In this document: piece after piece, positions 60,626 to 64,000 of the stretch
Layout: each line of letters begins with the position of its first letter
Numbering within the stretch: position 1 is the stretch's first letter
From: Podarcis filfolensis
Taxonomy: Eukaryota
Length of the DNA stretch: 64,000 nucleotides
Assembly: GCA_964270895.1 (NCBI GenBank)
Contig: OZ185439.1
Reading direction: 5' to 3' (one strand)
Position numbers and translations under genes: made by a program
Notes under the pieces: generated by a model
Told to the model about the DNA's origin: nothing
The model's database searches: none
What the model saw: only the letters and a program-made list of their open reading frames with translations

Positions 60626-60854
60626 CAGTGATACCTCGGGTTAAGAACTTAATTCATTCTGGAGGTCCGTTCTTAACCTGAAACTGTTCTTAACCTGAAG
60701 CACCTCTTTAGCTAACGGGGCCTCCTGCTGCCGCCGCACCGCCAGAGCACAATTTCTGTTCTCATCCTGAAGCAAAGGTGCTATTTCTGGGTTAGCAGAG
60801 TCTGTAACCTGAAGCGTCTGTAACCTGAAGCGTATGTAACCCGAGGTACCACTG
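60626..60854. mobile_element. Tc1/mariner-type MITE, copy 5, inserted in a CR1
   Basis: TA|CAGTGATACCTCGGGTTA...TAACCCGAGGTACCACTG|TA. Confidence 0.93.
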
Positions 60855-61150
60855 TAACTTGAAGCCATTGGTTTGCGTCCTACCCTTTGGAGCAGGAGAA
60901 AACAAGCTTGCTCCATCTTTCATGTGACAGCCCTTAAGATATCTGAAGATGGCTATCGTATCTCCTCTCAGTAGCCTCTTTTCCAGGCTAACCATACCAA
61001 CTCCCTCAAGGCTTGGTTACCAGACCTTTGATTATCTTGGTTGCCCTCTGCACACATTCCAGCTTGCCAATGTCTTTAAATTGTGGTACCCAGAACTGGA
61101 CACATTATTGCAGGTGTAGTCTGGCCAAGGCAGACTAGATGATACTTTTA
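60855..61150 (-). mobile_element. CR1 LINE ORF2 C-terminal fragment
   Basis: SLEKRLLRGDTIAIFRYLKGCHMKDGASLFSPAPKGRTQTNGFKL(Q), the canonical CR1 ORF2 end. Continues CAAGAAAG beyond the MITE (about 60617-60625). Confidence 0.9.
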
Positions 61151-61814
61151 CTTCCTTCACTCTGGAGCAGTATGCTCTTTATGAGAGAGAGAGTTATTTC
61201 TTTATTCTGTTACAAAGCCAGAACATCTTGCTAGCTAATTGCCACCGTGGCAGTGTAAGGCCTTGGGGTGCTGTTGCACTCCCTCCAAATGCTGTGGGAC
61301 TGCTAGTTGCTGCCCTCAGGAACTCTGTACAATGAGATCATGCTCTGGGAGTGCCGGCTGACCTCCAGATTAGCATGTTGTGGCACTTATTAGTGCCAGA
61401 TGTGCTGATGATGGATACTGTTACAGGTCTCTATACCAGCAGACTAAAATCAAAAGACTTTTCTTTGAGAGCAGGTGTTCTTTAATTTTGCAAGCTTGAA
61501 ACTGAGCGGTATAGCTCAGTGTTAGATAATGTGTTCTGCATGCAGGCAACCCCAAGTTCAATCCCAGTCAAAAGGATGGGGTTAAGGGAAGACATTAACT
61601 GTCAAGGTCCCTCAAAGTTGGAGAAGCTGATTTTGTTGTGGTTGCCATATTTATTATATTAAGTGATCATTTTACCCTGTTCAAGGAGGTGCACATCAGC
61701 ATTCATTAATGAAATATGAAACCTGAGTAAACAGATAAAACAGCAATGGAATTAAATGATAGGTGAAGATAGAATAATTCCAAACTATTTCTCACCAAGA
61801 GTTCATGTAATCAA

Positions 61815-62015
61815 AACAAGGTTTAACTTGATGTGAAAAGACAAGATTAGGTGCCAAGCCAATTCTCTGGAGAGGACACAACCTGGATGTTGACACAGAA
61901 AAGGCTTTGTATCTTAGTAGCCACCTTCTGTTATCAGGTTCATACAGAAGAAAGCACCCTGTTTTACTTAAGTGCTTTAGGGCTTTATAGGCCATCACCA
62001 GCACTTAAATGAACT
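61815..62015 (-). mobile_element. Degraded L2-clade fragment
   Basis: FKC/VLVMAYKAL...YEPDNRR.LL...KAFSVSTSRL remnants. Confidence 0.55.
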
Positions 62016-62126
62016 TTTCCACAATATTCTAATTTTTCGAGTTTCACCTGTAATTCAAGCATGTCTGAATGTACTCTACCTATATTTAAGTGGCATAATT
62101 TGGGACCTGCATTTCTTCTAACCAGG

Positions 62127-62657
62127 AATAATAATACCTTTATTGTCATTGTACAACTTGTGTACAATGAAATTAAACGAGCCTCCCCCCCAAACACTTA
62201 ATCTCATTACACTCTCTGTGCTTATCGAACAACACACCACTTCGCAAGTCAATTGCGCTATGTTATTTTCCGTTCAACAGCCTAACAGCCCACGAATAGA
62301 AGCTGTTTTTTAGCCTGTTGGTATGGCTGATTATACTTCTATATCTCCTGCCCGAGGGTAGAAGATTAAAGAGGTGATGGCCAGGGTGTGAGTCATCCCT
62401 GAGAATTTTTCTTGCTCTCCTAAGGCAACGATTCCTTGCAATGTCATCTAGTGGACTCAAGGGACAGCCCATGATATCATGTGCTGTATCCACCACCCTC
62501 TGTACAGACTTTCTGTCCATGTCTGTCAAGCCAGCATACCACACTGTGATACAATATGAAAGGACACTTTCTATTGTGGACTGGTAAAAGGAGTTCATCA
62601 ATTGTTGTTTAACATTATTCTTTCGCAAGACTCTGAGGAAATGGAGTCTCTGTTGGG
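62127..62657 (-). mobile_element. Rex1/Babar-type LINE 3' fragment
   Basis: Uninterrupted QQRLHFLRVLRKN...FYQSTIESVLSYCITVWYAG...SHPGHHLFNLLPSGRRYRSI...RLKNSFYSWAVRLLN. The 3' end has a cattgtac..gtacaatg hairpin, AATAAA and a (TAT)n tail. Confidence 0.85.
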
Positions 62658-63474
62658 AAAGAATACAGTAAAATCTTTTAAGTTAATTATCTTGATGGCT
62701 ATGTATTTCTCTCTCATCCAGTAACATCTATTTTAAGTTTTTATTGTGGTGTTCATAATGTGGGTAGGAAAGTCCAGAGTGTCCCAACAGTTTGGAATTG
62801 GTAATGCACACACTGAAGTGGTATGCCTTATGTGCCTGGCAGATGCTTTTACCACTGCGGCTGACTTGCGGGGAGGAGTTTATTTTTAACGATGTATTAA
62901 TGAATAAAGCAGCAGAAAAGGAAATACCGTGCAAAGCGCTGTGACTTAAATAACTGCTGTCTAATATCTGGTTAAGTCAAACTGCAATTTGCAATTTGCC
63001 ATGAGAGCAAGGCATTTTTATATAAGGGAACAGCCAAGTCCCTGCTCTAAAAGTTTTAACCCATTTTGTTTACTGTTCCTGCTTTCATGTTTACTTAGAT
63101 CTAGCAATCTTAATTTAGAAGCTGTTCAATTAACAGCTTCTATATTATGACCAATTTGCATACGACCAATATGCAATTATATATAATGAAGTTTAAATCA
63201 TATTTTTTAATATTGTTCTAGAATATTTATTCAGTTAATGGATTGAGTTAGTATTGTTGACTTTGTGAATTGTATTATCATTCTGTACAATTTAAAACCA
63301 AACTGTATGTGATGTAAACTGTATCATTACATCCATTAGGCAGGTTATTTTAAAAAAGAAAATTGCATCAGCTGAGGAGGAAGCTGGTAATTAACCAGTT
63401 TGTAGCAAGTATGAAAGGGGAATATAATCGTTTTTCCCCCTGCTGCATTCCTGAGGAAAATCCCTTTTCTAATA

Positions 63475-63887
63475 CAGTGGTACCTCGGGTTAAGTACCGT
63501 ATTTTTTGCACCACAACACTCACTTTTTTCCTCCTAGAAAGTAAGGGGAAATGTCTGTGTGTGTTATGGAGGGAATGCCTACGGGTGGCATGCCTACGGA
63601 TTTTCCTCCTCTAAAAATTACGTGCGTGTTATGGTCGGGTGCGTGTTATAGAGCGAAAAATACGGTACTTAATTCGTTCTGGAGGTCTGTTCTTAACCTG
63701 AAACTGTTCTTAACCTGAAGCACCACTTTAGCTAATGGGGCCTCCAGCTGCCGCCGCACCGCCGCTGCACGATTTCTGTTCTCACCCTGAAGCAAAGTTC
63801 TTAACCCGAGGTACTATTTCTGGGTTAGCGGCATCTGTAACCTGAAGCGTATGTAATCTGAAGCGTATGTAACCCGAGGTACCACTG
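63475..63887. mobile_element. Tc1/mariner-type MITE, copy 6 (host of a nested MITE)
   Basis: TA|CAGTGGTACCTCGGGTTAAG[TA insert TA]CTTAATTCG...TAACCCGAGGTACCACTG|TA. Confidence 0.93.
63497..63665. mobile_element. Nested TA-targeting MITE (CCGTATTTTT TIR), 169 bp
   Basis: 27-bp TIR matching at 22/27. Duplicated TA at 63495-63496 and 63666-63667. Confidence 0.9.
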
Positions 63888-63967
63888 TACTAATAATTAT
63901 ATTGTGAGAAAATCCCCCATTTGCACCTGTTAAATACCCCAAGATAAATTTCATTTTTTTGCAATTA

Positions 63968-64000
63968 ACGCGGGTGGCGCTGTGGGTAAAACCTCAGCGC
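63968..64000 (+). mobile_element. 5' start of a Sauria-type SINE cut by the window edge
   Basis: acgcgggtggcgctgtgggtaaaacctcagcgc. Confidence 0.75.

Noticed and set aside
1-64000. Prokaryotic systems (operons, CRISPR arrays, defence islands, phage)
   Set aside because: The window is spliced vertebrate genes plus vertebrate transposons. The recurring CAGTGGTACCTC motifs are dispersed MITE TIRs, not repeat-spacer arrays.
56232-64000. SCA10-type (ATTCT)n repeat in ATXN10
   Set aside because: None is present. The human repeat is in intron 9, outside this window, and the ATTCT words here belong to CR1-type tails.

Overview
Eukaryotic (vertebrate) genomic DNA from a squamate reptile, most likely a lacertid lizard, judged from Sauria-type SINEs and squamate MITE, L2, CR1 and Penelope repeats. 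Two + strand genes are present, in the order known from human 22q13. (1) The 3' two-thirds of fibulin-1 (FBLN1): nine EGF-module exons at 600-10040, the single terminal exon of isoform C at 15615-15969, and the three terminal exons of isoform D at 22613-37664. (2) After about 16-18 kb of intergenic DNA, the CpG-island promoter and coding exons 1-3 of ataxin-10 (ATXN10). All exons have GT-AG boundaries, and their lengths and phases match the human orthologues as I recall them, except two: FBLN1 exon 7 is 6 nt shorter and ATXN10 exon 1 is 54 nt longer. The rest is intronic or intergenic DNA dense in transposon relics, several of them nested. There are no prokaryotic features, CRISPR arrays or true tRNA/rRNA genes, and most ORFs in the supplied track are noise. 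The most unusual structures are: a young Penelope-type insertion forming a 156-bp spacerless palindrome folded at a hammerhead-ribozyme helix, just upstream of ATXN10 exon 3; a 140-bp inverted-repeat pair in FBLN1 intron 16; two SINEs with the same CR1-type tail but different tRNA heads; and a phase-compatible splice acceptor plus open frame upstream of ATXN10. I cannot support a wholly new biological system from the sequence alone; these are the best leads.
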